Of a stretch of DNA of 64,000 bases, positions 36,431 through 46,324 are shown one piece after another. This DNA comes from a bacterium (GTDB lineage: Bacteria; Patescibacteriota; Microgenomatia; Curtissbacterales; GWA2-41-24), in contig JAKAJD010000001.1 of assembly GCA_021813945.1 (NCBI GenBank), positions 496,412 to 560,411 of the forward strand. The letters are read 5' to 3'. How positions within the stretch are numbered: position 1 is the first letter of the stretch; every line of letters starts with the position of its first letter. The translations under genes and the position numbers were made by a program. The notes beneath the pieces are model-generated. The model was not told where the DNA came from, made no database searches, and worked only from the letters and a program-made list of their open reading frames with translations.

Positions 36431-36805
36431 ATGCCCAAACGACCAGGATTCACCTTAATCGAAGTCCTGCTTTCTTCATTTTTCTTTATCGCTCTTATCA
36501 CCATCCTCCTTTCTTCCTCCGGAACACTTCTAAATACCAGAAAAACTAATCTGGAAACTGTAGCTGCCAAAATCGCCAGCAAACAAATAGAAGACTTAAG
36601 AAATATGGCTTACACCTCAGTCGCCTCAGGACCGATTACAGATACCGATCTCTCAAAGTTACCCCAAGGGGCAGCAAACAAAACTGTCACAAACTACCAA
36701 TCCAGTGCAGACATAAAAGACGTATTAATAACAGTCACCTGGACAGAAAACAGTGCAGCAAAACAACTTAAAATGGAAACACTAATTTATAAAAACGGCC
36801 TTTAA
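36431..36805 (+). CDS. type IV pilin / pseudopilin (prepilin N-terminal methylation motif)
   Basis: KRPGFTLIEVLLSSFF: class III signal G|FTLIE followed by a hydrophobic helix. Confidence 0.75.
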   Translation: MPKRPGFTLIEVLLSSFFFIALITILLSSSGTLLNTRKTNLETVAAKIASKQIEDLRNMAYTSVASGPITDTDLSKLPQGAANKTVTNYQSSADIKDVLITVTWTENSAAKQLKMETLIYKNGL

Positions 36806-36807
36806 TC

Positions 36808-37461
36808 ATGGCAATTAAAAAGCATAGAAAAAGACTCGCGGATCTTCTAAGGGGTATGTCGGTTGTCGAAATAACAGCGGCAATTGGCATTATTGGAATT
36901 ATATCCATAATGGTGGTTTCCATTTATTTTGCCCACTTCCGGCTTTTTTCCAACCAAAGTAAAACCATAGATGTTGCCAATGAAACAAGAATCGCCTTAG
37001 ACGCCATTACAAACCAAATCCGGGAATCTTCCGCAGTTGTTTCGAGCTGCCCGGTAGGTTCGCCATACAATGGATGCGGCGGTGCAACCACCTCCTCAAC
37101 TGCCACCTCCTGTAATAACACAACTAGCTACTCAGCAAAAGTCGTTTTGCAGTTGTGGCCGCTTGACTCCAATGGCAACCCAACCGATCCTGGTAGCTCA
37201 AATTACGATTACGTTGTCATAAAAAAAGACGACTTGGAAAATACCAAACTCAAAATGATAACCTACCCCTCAAGTATAAGTTCAAGAAAACCCTCGTCAT
37301 TAATACTTTCCGACGAGATATCCTGCCTCAGCTTTACTTTTGATAACGCTGACCCAACTCAAGCATCCGAAGTCACCGCAGGGATTACTAACACCACAAC
37401 CCAATTTGGCAAAACTTACATACAGGCACAAGAAACAAAAGCAGTGATTAGAAATAAATGA
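36808..37461 (+). CDS. minor pilin-like protein
   Basis: LLRGMSVVEITAAIGIIGIISIMVV: prepilin-like N-terminus (G|MSVVE). Confidence 0.5.
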   Translation: MAIKKHRKRLADLLRGMSVVEITAAIGIIGIISIMVVSIYFAHFRLFSNQSKTIDVANETRIALDAITNQIRESSAVVSSCPVGSPYNGCGGATTSSTATSCNNTTSYSAKVVLQLWPLDSNGNPTDPGSSNYDYVVIKKDDLENTKLKMITYPSSISSRKPSSLILSDEISCLSFTFDNADPTQASEVTAGITNTTTQFGKTYIQAQETKAVIRNK

Positions 37462-38678
37462 AAAAAAGCATACTAGTAACAAACTTAAGAGGCCAGGTTT
37501 TGATAATAGCCATCATTTTTATGGCAGTAGTTTTGATACTTTCCGCTTCCATGCTTTCCAAAGTCGGCAGTTACCTTCGCTTCGGTGCAATTTCCGTCCA
37601 AGGCGAACAGGCAATCGAGCTTGCAGAAGCAGGAGTTGATAACGCAGTTTGGCAATTAAACTTGAATGCTGGAGCGTGCCCCCCAGCGACATGCAGCAAC
37701 GAAATCGCAATTGGCACAGCCGGAACATTCAAGGTAGCAATCCAAGATAAGTCATCAAATTTAAAAACCATAACCTCAACTGGGTATATTCCAAATTCCA
37801 CAAACCCAAAACAGAAAAGAACAATAAAAGTAGATATTGGAATAAACAATGAGATAGTCGAATTCAACTACGCCGTTCAGGTGGGTGACGGTGGTGTTGA
37901 TCTTGGGCAAGGTGCTCAAATAACAGGCGCTGGAGGAACACCCGGAAATGTCTATTCTAATGGAAACATAACAGGAAACCAAAGTTCAGTAATAACAGGC
38001 GATGCTTGGGCAGTTGGAACAATTTCAAATCCTCCAACCGTACAAGGTACGCGACACCCCGGGTCGCCACAAACAGACATGCCACAATTTAATTATCAGC
38101 AGTGGATAGATGAAGCAACAAACGGCGGCACTATTAATTGCACTCTAACACCTTCTCAGTGTAACCTCTCGGGATTCGCAACTATAGGCAGAAGAATGTA
38201 TATTAACGGTGACTTAAATTTTGCTCAAGGCACAATTGTCACTATGACAGGACCAGTTTATATCCGGGACGGGAACTTAGACATGGGTCAAGACACCCGC
38301 CTTGATCTGGATAGCAGCTTCGGATCCACATCAGTAGCGCTTGTGCTGAATGGAACAGTCAACGTAGGGCAAAACTCATCAATAAACCCTACAAGTGCAA
38401 GTCCTAAGGGTTACATCCTGGTTGCAACACCATCAAACGCAAACCCTGCAATTAGAATCAGCCAATCTGGGGCGAATGCCATCTTCTATGCGCTAAACGG
38501 CGAAGTTAGACTCATTCAATCATCACACGCCACTGCTGTTATTGCCAAAAGATTAACTCTTGGCCAATCAGTAATTTTGACTTATGACGAAGGTTTAGCA
38601 TCAACAAATATTTCAGGCGGCCCGGGTGGCTCCTGGCAAATTAAAAAGGGCACATATAAACAAACTGTTTCACCGTGA
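37458..38678 (+). CDS. PilX-like / minor pilin assembly protein (N-terminal TM anchor)
   Basis: N-terminal hydrophobic helix LIIAIIFMAVVLILSASMLS typical of PilX-like proteins; sits in the pilin cluster. Confidence 0.4.
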   Translation: MKKSILVTNLRGQVLIIAIIFMAVVLILSASMLSKVGSYLRFGAISVQGEQAIELAEAGVDNAVWQLNLNAGACPPATCSNEIAIGTAGTFKVAIQDKSSNLKTITSTGYIPNSTNPKQKRTIKVDIGINNEIVEFNYAVQVGDGGVDLGQGAQITGAGGTPGNVYSNGNITGNQSSVITGDAWAVGTISNPPTVQGTRHPGSPQTDMPQFNYQQWIDEATNGGTINCTLTPSQCNLSGFATIGRRMYINGDLNFAQGTIVTMTGPVYIRDGNLDMGQDTRLDLDSSFGSTSVALVLNGTVNVGQNSSINPTSASPKGYILVATPSNANPAIRISQSGANAIFYALNGEVRLIQSSHATAVIAKRLTLGQSVILTYDEGLASTNISGGPGGSWQIKKGTYKQTVSP

Positions 38679-40864
38679 AATCAAGAGTTTCAATAAAAAT
38701 CTTCACAGTATCAGTAATCACCACCATTCTGCTTCTTCTTAAAATTAGCCCAGTCTTCGCATTAAACTACAATTTAGTGCCAAACTCGTCGTTTGAAGAA
38801 GGTGAAACCTTTCCTACCGGGTGGAATATCGTAACAAGTGACTTTTGCAACATTCCCGCATCAAATTATCAGTCTTCTGTCGAATGGAGCTCCTCTAGAT
38901 CAAGTACTGGTTCTAAATCCGTAGGCATTACAAACGTTTACCTCCCAAACCAGGGAGACTACACCTCCGTAAAAATAGCATCAGAATTCATCCTGATAAA
39001 CCCTATACAAATCTACAACTTAAGTGCCTTAATCCAGGGAACGACTGGGAACAAAGGCATAAAACCAGAAATCGACGTATGCTTCTACGATAAAGACGGA
39101 AACAAAACCGGAATAAATAGTGTCACGTCTCAGTATCCGCCTGACGATAAAACATGGTATGGAATTTCGTTTGGAGGATTAAAACTGAGCTACTTTCCAC
39201 CAAACACAACAAAAATAAAAGTTGGGCTATCAGCAAACTGCAGTTACCAATTTCTACCGCCAGGGGCAGCACAAGATTGTTCTGGTTCCATCTGGTTAGA
39301 CGACATTAGTCTTCTTCCCCTGGGCAATATTACTATGCATAAATTTGAAGATTTAAACAAAAACGGATTGCAGGACATAAACGAACCAAATCTTCAATAT
39401 TGGGAAATGTCCGTCTATAAAGAAGCAAACTGTGACAGCTCAAAAGAAATCGGCGGGGCATCAACCGACGCAAGCGGTAATGCAATATTTAAGAACACTC
39501 CATTCGGGGACTACTCCGTTAAGGAAACATTCTACTACGAAGACTTTAATCCTCCACCACATCTCGTAGATGCCACAAAAGAAGGTTGGTATACTACAAC
39601 TCCACTTTGCCAAAACGTCACCCTAGATTCTACTTCCGGTGCAACAGTCAACATTGGCAACTTCCATGGTCCCTCTTTTCCCTATCTCAGCCAACTTGAC
39701 CCGGCTTGGAAAGACCTAACGTACGATCATGCATCCACCTCAAACCCGTTTTTTTGCGGAACGACAATTGGCGGTTGTGGCTGTGCCATAACTTCGGCTG
39801 CAATGCTCCTAAATTACTATGGTGTTTCGAGAACTCCAAGCGGCAATCCTACTAATCCCCAAACCTTAAACGATTGGCTAAATCAAAATCAGGGTTATGC
39901 TTTTGGAGCCTTAAAGTGGAATTCAGTCGCTGCATATTCTGTTAGGGTAAACGAAAACTTCGGCACTCAAAAAATCCGCTTCGTAGGTGTTGGAAGCGGC
40001 AATGATTTTGATACCCTCAATACCGATCTTGCAAACTCTAAGCCCGAAATTTTAGAAGAGCCGGGTCATTTTATCGTCGCAAACGCCAAGCAAGACCCAA
40101 CATATCAAATCGCAGATCCAGCGTACGAAAACAAAAAGACACTTGCCACCTATTCCAATAATTTCTTAAGCTCAAGAAGATATGAAAAAACAAATACAGA
40201 CCTAAGCTCCATCTATATTTCAAGCCCGACTCCAAACGACTTATTCATTACGGATTCCCTCGGAAGATCGACTGGCAAAAATCCCGAAACAGGCGAAATT
40301 CTAACTCAAATACCTAATTCTTATTATTTTGTTGAACCGTCCTTTACCAATCAAACAGATCCTAATTCTCAGGTTCCAAACACCGGTGTAACCACACTTG
40401 TTATCATCAATCCAGAGGAGGGTAGCTTTACTTTGGATTCCAAATCCGGACCGATTGATGTTTCAGCTTATGACACTCTAGGCAATATCCAAGTCAAAAA
40501 TTTCGAAACTGTGGCGCCAGACACATTCGAACTTAACTACTCACCGAATACTGGATCGACTTTTAAAGTTTTTCAAAAAGTTTCTATCGACTTAAAACCT
40601 CAAAACATAAATAAAGGAAATGGAGTTTTTCCAATAGTCATAAAATCGGACGACAACTTTAATGTCCAAGATATAGATTTTCAGTCAATACAACTTTCGC
40701 CTTCTGGTATTTCGCCGATTAAGTTTCCGCTTCTGGTCTCAAACGGAAAAGATAATAAAAAAGACCTTCAAATTTTCTTTCTCGCCTCACAAATTTCCAG
40801 AAACAATAATCTTTGCTTAACCGGCACCACAATAAGCGGAATCCAATTTAAGGGTTGTACTTAA
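38675..40864 (+). CDS. large secreted protein with Cna-B/SdrD-like domain and C39-like (papain-fold) cysteine peptidase domain
   Basis: Signal peptide; MHKFEDLNKNGLQDINEP (SD-repeat B/Cna B-like); FFCGTTIGGCGCAITSAAMLLNYYG resembles the peptidase C39/C39_2 active-site Cys motif. Confidence 0.5.
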   Translation: MKSRVSIKIFTVSVITTILLLLKISPVFALNYNLVPNSSFEEGETFPTGWNIVTSDFCNIPASNYQSSVEWSSSRSSTGSKSVGITNVYLPNQGDYTSVKIASEFILINPIQIYNLSALIQGTTGNKGIKPEIDVCFYDKDGNKTGINSVTSQYPPDDKTWYGISFGGLKLSYFPPNTTKIKVGLSANCSYQFLPPGAAQDCSGSIWLDDISLLPLGNITMHKFEDLNKNGLQDINEPNLQYWEMSVYKEANCDSSKEIGGASTDASGNAIFKNTPFGDYSVKETFYYEDFNPPPHLVDATKEGWYTTTPLCQNVTLDSTSGATVNIGNFHGPSFPYLSQLDPAWKDLTYDHASTSNPFFCGTTIGGCGCAITSAAMLLNYYGVSRTPSGNPTNPQTLNDWLNQNQGYAFGALKWNSVAAYSVRVNENFGTQKIRFVGVGSGNDFDTLNTDLANSKPEILEEPGHFIVANAKQDPTYQIADPAYENKKTLATYSNNFLSSRRYEKTNTDLSSIYISSPTPNDLFITDSLGRSTGKNPETGEILTQIPNSYYFVEPSFTNQTDPNSQVPNTGVTTLVIINPEEGSFTLDSKSGPIDVSAYDTLGNIQVKNFETVAPDTFELNYSPNTGSTFKVFQKVSIDLKPQNINKGNGVFPIVIKSDDNFNVQDIDFQSIQLSPSGISPIKFPLLVSNGKDNKKDLQIFFLASQISRNNNLCLTGTTISGIQFKGCT

Positions 40865-40904
40865 CCCTTGCCAAATTTGCGCCTGATCCGCTAAACTTAC
40901 CTCT

Positions 40905-41093
40905 ATGGCAAAGTCAAAAAGAGTCTTGTTCCAGCTGCAATGCACTGTTTGTAAATCGAAAAATTACACAAACAGCAAAAATCCGGACAATATCGCGCTA
41001 AAGCGCAAAAGCCAGGACACCAAAATTAACCTCAAAAAGTTCTGTAAGCGTTGCAGAAAAGTTACCGAGCATAAAGAGGTCAAGATAGCTTAA
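40905..41093 (+). CDS. rpmG: 50S ribosomal protein L33
   Basis: Zinc-ribbon CTVCKS...CKRC and KVTEHKEVK; typical L33 length. Confidence 0.88.
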   Translation: MAKSKRVLFQLQCTVCKSKNYTNSKNPDNIALKRKSQDTKINLKKFCKRCRKVTEHKEVKIA

Positions 41094-41138
41094 GGTCAGG
41101 TCTTAGGCTAAAAACTAATCCAACAAAGGCCTGACCTT
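41092..41138. repeat. ~47-bp composite palindromic element (terminator-like) starting at the rpmG stop codon
   Basis: aaggtcaggtcttaggctaaaaactaatccaacaaaggcctgacctt. Near-identical copies at 61676-61721 (same orientation) and 62751-62786 (inverted). Confidence 0.85.
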
Positions 41139-41187
41139 TTCGCGAACTCCCTTGCCTCAAAGACCCAAAACCCTTAATCTATAAATA

Positions 41188-43701
41188 GTGGCAAAACATA
41201 AGCTCCTCAAAACCTGGTCACTGGTTACTGGAAACTGGAAACGTAGAGTCGGTTTCACTCTTATTGAAGTCATGGTCGTTATTGCCATAATCGGGACGCT
41301 GGCCAGCATAAGCACTTTCGCGCTTGGCAAAGCAAGAACTAAAGGGAGCGATTCTAAAAGAAAGGCGGATCTAAAAGCCATCCAAACTGCTGCAGTTGCT
41401 TATTATCAGGACTTCAACCAGTTCCCTCCAGGCACAACACCAGGCAACGTATTTTCTTCGGACACCGGCGCTAACTGGATTCCCGGAATATCAGACTACA
41501 TCAAAAAACTCCCCAAAGACCCGCTCCAATCCGGTATCTTATATTACCTGGCCAATCTTATTAAAAATCCTGTTCAAAATGGCGAAAAATTCTTAGCCGG
41601 ATTATTTTCCAAACCAGCTCAAACAACAAAAACCATACCCCAAGTTGCAGCAGCAACAACAGTAACTTTAAGGCCTAACGGCGTTGGCTCGAGTACTCAG
41701 TGGACTCCGTTAACCGCACCAAATTATTCCCAGGTAAAAGAAGCCACCGCGGACAATGATGCAACTTACGTAAAATCTAATGTTATCAATCAAATGGATC
41801 TCTATAAAATCGACCCAAACTCAATCAGCGGTACTATTACAGGTATTACGGTCAAAGTTGTAACTCGCGCCAACGCAGGCCAAGACCCGATGAGCTATAT
41901 TTACATCCGCACAGGCAGCACCAACTATGCAAGCAGCCCGGGCTTCCAAACCGGCATAGGCGGAACTTACGTGACTTCCAGCTATACCTGGGCAACAAAC
42001 CCTAAAACCGGTGTGGCATGGACGCCTGCAGATATTACCGCTCTTGAGATCGGCATACTAAATAGTTGGACTGAATACCGCTTCTTGACCCAAGAATATG
42101 TGGAGGTAACATACACTCCGACAGGCACGTCTGTAAACATCAATGCAAACACAACAGACAACACCATCAGGTTTTATGCTAGTGGATACTATCCACCCGA
42201 CCCCAGCGGGGGCTGCGATATTGCCCCTCCTGCTGGATCAACCTATTCTCTAACTGGTCAATACTATACCGGCGGCGGTTATTACAAATACAGAAGCTAT
42301 CTCGCCTTTGACACTTCTTCAATCCCAGCTGGCTCAACAATAAACTCGGTAACCTTGACACAAACGGTGTACGTTAAAAGTTTGGGAACTAATTTTAACC
42401 TCCTTGCCTTAAATTATAACTGGGGGCCTACAGTCGACTGCACAAAATGGGGAGGTACACCACCCACAGCCCCACAAGTTGGCAGCATTGCCACAACAAG
42501 CCTTCCTGCCGTAGGATCTTCCTTCACAATGTCCCTGGCAAACTCTGTTGTTAACGCTGGAGGATCAACCTACATGATGCTTCTAAGTGACAGGGACGCA
42601 GCCAACACAATCCCAACAGGGCTGGAAGCCTTTGGCGCATACAGCGCAGAATCGGCCACCCCGCCTCAAATAAGTATCAATTATACGCCGCCAGCCACGC
42701 CGATAGTCACAACAACTGCCGCAACAGGTCTCAGCGGATCTGGCGCAACCTTAAATGGAACTGCAAACCCAAATGGTTCTGCAACAACAGGATGGTTCCG
42801 CTACAGCACCACAAGCCCTGGAACCTGCAATGACACATTCGGCACAAGAGCACCCTCTACTGGAGGCAACGCTCTCGGATCAGGCACAACCGCGGCACCC
42901 TATTCCCAAACAATTGGCAGCCTTACAGCATCAACAACTTATTACTTCTGTGCTCTTGCTTCAAATGCAAGCGGCACAGGTTATGGCACAGTGCTTTCCT
43001 TTACAACTTCTGCCTCAGCACCAGTCGGGACAATTTCCGCAGGGGCCCCAACAATTCCAAGCGGCAGCAGCACATCAATCACCTGGAGTACAACACCTAG
43101 CGGCACGGGGTGCGCCGTTTCCCCGGGTGGAGGAAGCGGGCCCAGCGGCACCTTATCCACCGGGCCACTAACGTCTACAACAACATACACCTTACATTGC
43201 ACCGACGCGGGCTTCATAGATAAAACTGCAACAGTGACAGTCAGCGGCGCTTCTTCTTCTGCCAACATCAAAGCCAATGGATCCGACGGTCCATATTCAG
43301 CAAATGTTGGCGATTCGATAAACATAACCTGGACCTCATCAAATACCACCAGCTGCACAGTAACAGGGGGGCCTGGCGGCTCAGGCACATCCGGTTCATT
43401 TTCGTGGACTGTACCAGGCACTCCGACTCCTCCAACTAGCTACTCCTTCTCACTTTCCTGCACAGGTGGTACTGCCAGCGACAGTGTCACCGTTAATGTA
43501 ACCTCTTTGGGAGTTGCAACCTGTCAAAACAAGAAGAATATTTATTGCTATATAGTCAATACAGACAGAAGTTCGTTTGTTATTTGGGCCCAACTCGACA
43601 ACACATCTGATCCGCAAATTTCTACCAATCCTGGTGCACTTTGCACACTTTCCCCACCGGACCCCAACTTCAACTACTGCGTCGAGTCCTCGTCGCTTTA
43701 G
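41188..43701 (+). CDS. giant type IV pilin-like protein (837 aa): prepilin N-terminus plus large Ser/Thr/Gly-rich beta-repeat C-terminal region
   Basis: RRVGFTLIEVMVVIAIIGTLASI: canonical G|FTLIE prepilin cleavage/methylation motif and pilin alpha-helix. The C-terminal 780 aa is rich in T/S/G with repeated modules (GSGATLNGTANPNGSATTGWFRYSTT...). The two plus/minus ORFs listed inside it are alternate-frame artefacts. Confidence 0.7.
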   Translation: MAKHKLLKTWSLVTGNWKRRVGFTLIEVMVVIAIIGTLASISTFALGKARTKGSDSKRKADLKAIQTAAVAYYQDFNQFPPGTTPGNVFSSDTGANWIPGISDYIKKLPKDPLQSGILYYLANLIKNPVQNGEKFLAGLFSKPAQTTKTIPQVAAATTVTLRPNGVGSSTQWTPLTAPNYSQVKEATADNDATYVKSNVINQMDLYKIDPNSISGTITGITVKVVTRANAGQDPMSYIYIRTGSTNYASSPGFQTGIGGTYVTSSYTWATNPKTGVAWTPADITALEIGILNSWTEYRFLTQEYVEVTYTPTGTSVNINANTTDNTIRFYASGYYPPDPSGGCDIAPPAGSTYSLTGQYYTGGGYYKYRSYLAFDTSSIPAGSTINSVTLTQTVYVKSLGTNFNLLALNYNWGPTVDCTKWGGTPPTAPQVGSIATTSLPAVGSSFTMSLANSVVNAGGSTYMMLLSDRDAANTIPTGLEAFGAYSAESATPPQISINYTPPATPIVTTTAATGLSGSGATLNGTANPNGSATTGWFRYSTTSPGTCNDTFGTRAPSTGGNALGSGTTAAPYSQTIGSLTASTTYYFCALASNASGTGYGTVLSFTTSASAPVGTISAGAPTIPSGSSTSITWSTTPSGTGCAVSPGGGSGPSGTLSTGPLTSTTTYTLHCTDAGFIDKTATVTVSGASSSANIKANGSDGPYSANVGDSINITWTSSNTTSCTVTGGPGGSGTSGSFSWTVPGTPTPPTSYSFSLSCTGGTASDSVTVNVTSLGVATCQNKKNIYCYIVNTDRSSFVIWAQLDNTSDPQISTNPGALCTLSPPDPNFNYCVESSSL

Positions 43702-43705
43702 CAAA

Positions 43706-43772
43706 AAGGTCAGGCCTTAGGCAAAAAGGTCAGGCCTTAAAGTACGCCAGTTCCAAGAAAAAGGCCTGACCT
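43706..43772. repeat. palindromic repeat cluster (3 units) downstream of the giant pilin gene
   Basis: aaggtcaggcctt x2 (43706-18, 43726-38) and the inverted aaggcctgacct (43761-72). Confidence 0.8.
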
Positions 43773-43838
43773 CAAACTATGCCATCTTTTCGCTCTTTAC
43801 CGAGTTTTATCCGATTTTATATAATATTGACTGAATTT

Positions 43839-43909
43839 ACGGGCGTCGTTCAGTGGTAGGACCGCAGTCTCCAAAACTGCCGACGAGGGTTCGATTCCTT
43901 CCGCCCGTG
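43839..43909 (+). tRNA. tRNA-Trp (anticodon CCA)
   Basis: Acceptor acgggcg/cgcccgt, D-arm gttc-agtggtag-gac, anticodon stem gcagt/actgc with loop ctCCAaa, T-arm gaggg-ttcgatt-ccttc. Confidence 0.8.
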
Positions 43910-44118
43910 CAGGTTCGTATATAGCGAAGCTATACTAGACCGAAGGTCTATATCCTCTAGGCCCTGCAGGAAAGTTCGCATATATGAGGGGTGACTCATA
44001 TACTAATTGAAAATTATTTCCTTCCACCCGTGCAGAGTTCCTCCCCACCCATAATCCCATAGTTTGCATTAACCGCTTGCTCATTGTTATAATACGTGAC
44101 TAATTTCAGCTAAGGTAT

Positions 44119-45153
44119 ATGAAAGAAGCCACCGAAAGAAGTCCATTAGATAGACTAACAACCAGGAGAGCTTTTTTTTCTGTCGCAGGTGGCGCCCTAG
44201 CTGCCGCGACTCTTTATGATATGGCAAAACTTAAAAGAGATTGGGAAGGCATTGAAACCAAAGATGCCCAATATATCCCCCTTTACGAAAATCACATTGA
44301 CAGAATAACTGCTGATTCCCTTCCCCCGGATATAGATATCTTTTTCAAAGAAACAGGTGTCGAACCCGACAGTCAAAATTCCCAATATGAGGTTTTTAAA
44401 AACGATAAGCCTCCAGGCAAGAACCCTACTTTATCTATTCCAAAAGATGTAATTAGCAAGTTGGCTAAAAATAAGGTTAAGGTAATGCTTGGAGACGCAA
44501 AGATGCCCTTGCCAACTGCGCTGGCCTCGGTATCAACCTTACCGGCCGAAGTGGCAGTCGGGGCGGGAATTGGCGCATCCCTTATTATCACAGGAACGAA
44601 AGAAAGGACAACCCGCCGAAAATTCCTTAGAGCCGGTTTAGGCTACGGTGCCTTGTGGGGACTATCAAACATAGTGCCATTTGCCACAGGTTCTTTTTCC
44701 TCAGATAGCCAATCTAGGCGCAGAATAAGCTCAAGATTTACCCATATATTTCAACAAGCGCATCCTGAAAACCTTGTGGAATTTCCAAGAAGCTTGCTCT
44801 GGGCTATAAAAATGCATGACGCAGCAAAGCGCCTTAGAGCTGAAAAGGGCAGAAAATTAAAAATTGCATATGACGTAGGGCAATTTCACGGTAACGTCGA
44901 AGACTTTTTGAAATCCGGACAGGATTTCATTAGAAAAATTTTGCTCAGTTACCCTGCACCTATCCTGAAACAGATTATCGATGCAAACGGGGGTGTCGAT
45001 TCATTTGCAAGTTATAATTTAATATCGCTTCCGCAAGATCTTGACCCCAATTCCGGCACTTATGATCAAGATCTTCAGTCGATGGAAATACAAGAGATGA
45101 CTGAAACGACTCTAGCTCATCAGCTTAAAGTCAGGTTAAAATCTGTTGTTTAA
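44119..45153 (+). CDS. hypothetical protein with an N-terminal twin-arginine-like signal and a second internal RR-hydrophobic segment
   Basis: TTRRAFFSVAGGALAAATL at the N-terminus; TTRRKFLRAGLGYGALWG at about residue 165. Confidence 0.45.
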   Translation: MKEATERSPLDRLTTRRAFFSVAGGALAAATLYDMAKLKRDWEGIETKDAQYIPLYENHIDRITADSLPPDIDIFFKETGVEPDSQNSQYEVFKNDKPPGKNPTLSIPKDVISKLAKNKVKVMLGDAKMPLPTALASVSTLPAEVAVGAGIGASLIITGTKERTTRRKFLRAGLGYGALWGLSNIVPFATGSFSSDSQSRRRISSRFTHIFQQAHPENLVEFPRSLLWAIKMHDAAKRLRAEKGRKLKIAYDVGQFHGNVEDFLKSGQDFIRKILLSYPAPILKQIIDANGGVDSFASYNLISLPQDLDPNSGTYDQDLQSMEIQEMTETTLAHQLKVRLKSVV

Positions 45154-45231
45154 AAATTAAGGTTTATCCGCTGAAGAACTCACTACTGTTGTATTTTGGC
45201 CTATCTAAATCAAAAGTAATCACAAAATGAA

Positions 45232-46308
45232 TTAGTGATGAGCCTTTAAACCTAAAGCTTGTACACGTTCAGCGTAATCTAAGTAAGAACCAACAACATC
45301 GGCATCAAATTCTAATGCTTTGTCAAAATTTGTTCCCTGCAATTCGTCGGCAAATTCGCCCAAAACGTCCTGGGGAAAAACATTGTTTTTAATTAAATGC
45401 CAGCGTATTGTCCGTAAATTCTCGTCTGCTTGGTAGTTTGCAATTTGCCTTGCCTCATCAGTTGCGCTTTCCGGCGTGACCACTATATCGTACAACCTCA
45501 ATCCATAGTGGTTTTCCAAATATCTCCTTGCAAAACCCATGTAATTGGCAAGACCCATATGTTGAACTTGCAAAGCTGCTGATATTGACCCCGTATCCAA
45601 GATGTCCTTCGAAAATTTCTCTCCTTCTTTTTTAATCATCAAATCAGGATCTTTCCTTTCATCTATTTGGTCATTTACTGTCATCCCGTTATCCTCTGCA
45701 ACTGACCTAATATACTGGAAAAGCCCAACAGCATCGGCGTCTGAAGTTGCATTAGGATCCCCTTTAGACTCCCAAAGTAGCATTCCCATTAAAACCTGGA
45801 ATTTTGCCTCGTCGTGGCCGGAAGCTTCCCAAAGCTTGTCTGCATATTCTTTGTTAACATGGCGCACAATGTCGTCATTGAGGCTTGCGTTTACACGATC
45901 CCTTGCATCGACAAGTTTTATAAAAGCATCTTCTCTGGCCTTTTCATTTTGGCTCGGAAAGACCGTATCGAAAACGGAAACAGGCTTTGCCTCAACTGGC
46001 TCTACTAACACCCCTTGAGCCGCCTTTTTGGTGCTCGCAAAAAAATCCTGGCCCGCGCTTGCAACGCCACCTGCAACTTCCTTAACTAAGTCTGGGTGTT
46101 TTGATGCTTGTCCGGCACCCAATCCAATAGCCAAAGTCCCAACAGTAGCACCAATGCCAAGTGCCAAACTATTGGATTTTTTATCGTTCTTCTTTGCTAA
46201 CCCACTTTGTGAACTCGGCCTATTTGACTTGCCTGATCTTCTCTTATAACGAGCTAAATTTTCTCTGGAATGTTCTGCTAGTCTAGTCTCACCCGCCATA
46301 TATACCAA
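45232..46308 (-). CDS. membrane-anchored lytic transglycosylase (SLT domain) protein
   Basis: ESKGDPNATSDADAVGLFQYIRSVAEDNG matches the SLT catalytic motif ES...P.A.S.AGA.GLMQ; N-terminal TM. Confidence 0.6.
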   Translation of the reverse strand: MVYMAGETRLAEHSRENLARYKRRSGKSNRPSSQSGLAKKNDKKSNSLALGIGATVGTLAIGLGAGQASKHPDLVKEVAGGVASAGQDFFASTKKAAQGVLVEPVEAKPVSVFDTVFPSQNEKAREDAFIKLVDARDRVNASLNDDIVRHVNKEYADKLWEASGHDEAKFQVLMGMLLWESKGDPNATSDADAVGLFQYIRSVAEDNGMTVNDQIDERKDPDLMIKKEGEKFSKDILDTGSISAALQVQHMGLANYMGFARRYLENHYGLRLYDIVVTPESATDEARQIANYQADENLRTIRWHLIKNNVFPQDVLGEFADELQGTNFDKALEFDADVVGSYLDYAERVQALGLKAHH

Positions 46309-46324
46309 ACTTTATTTAAAAAAG

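Noticed and set aside
42755-43421. ORFs 42755-43171 (+) and 42981-43421 (-) listed in the six-frame track
   Set aside because: They lie entirely within the 837-aa pilin ORF in alternate frames. Their Q/A/P-rich composition is what shadow frames of a GC/T/S-rich gene would give.
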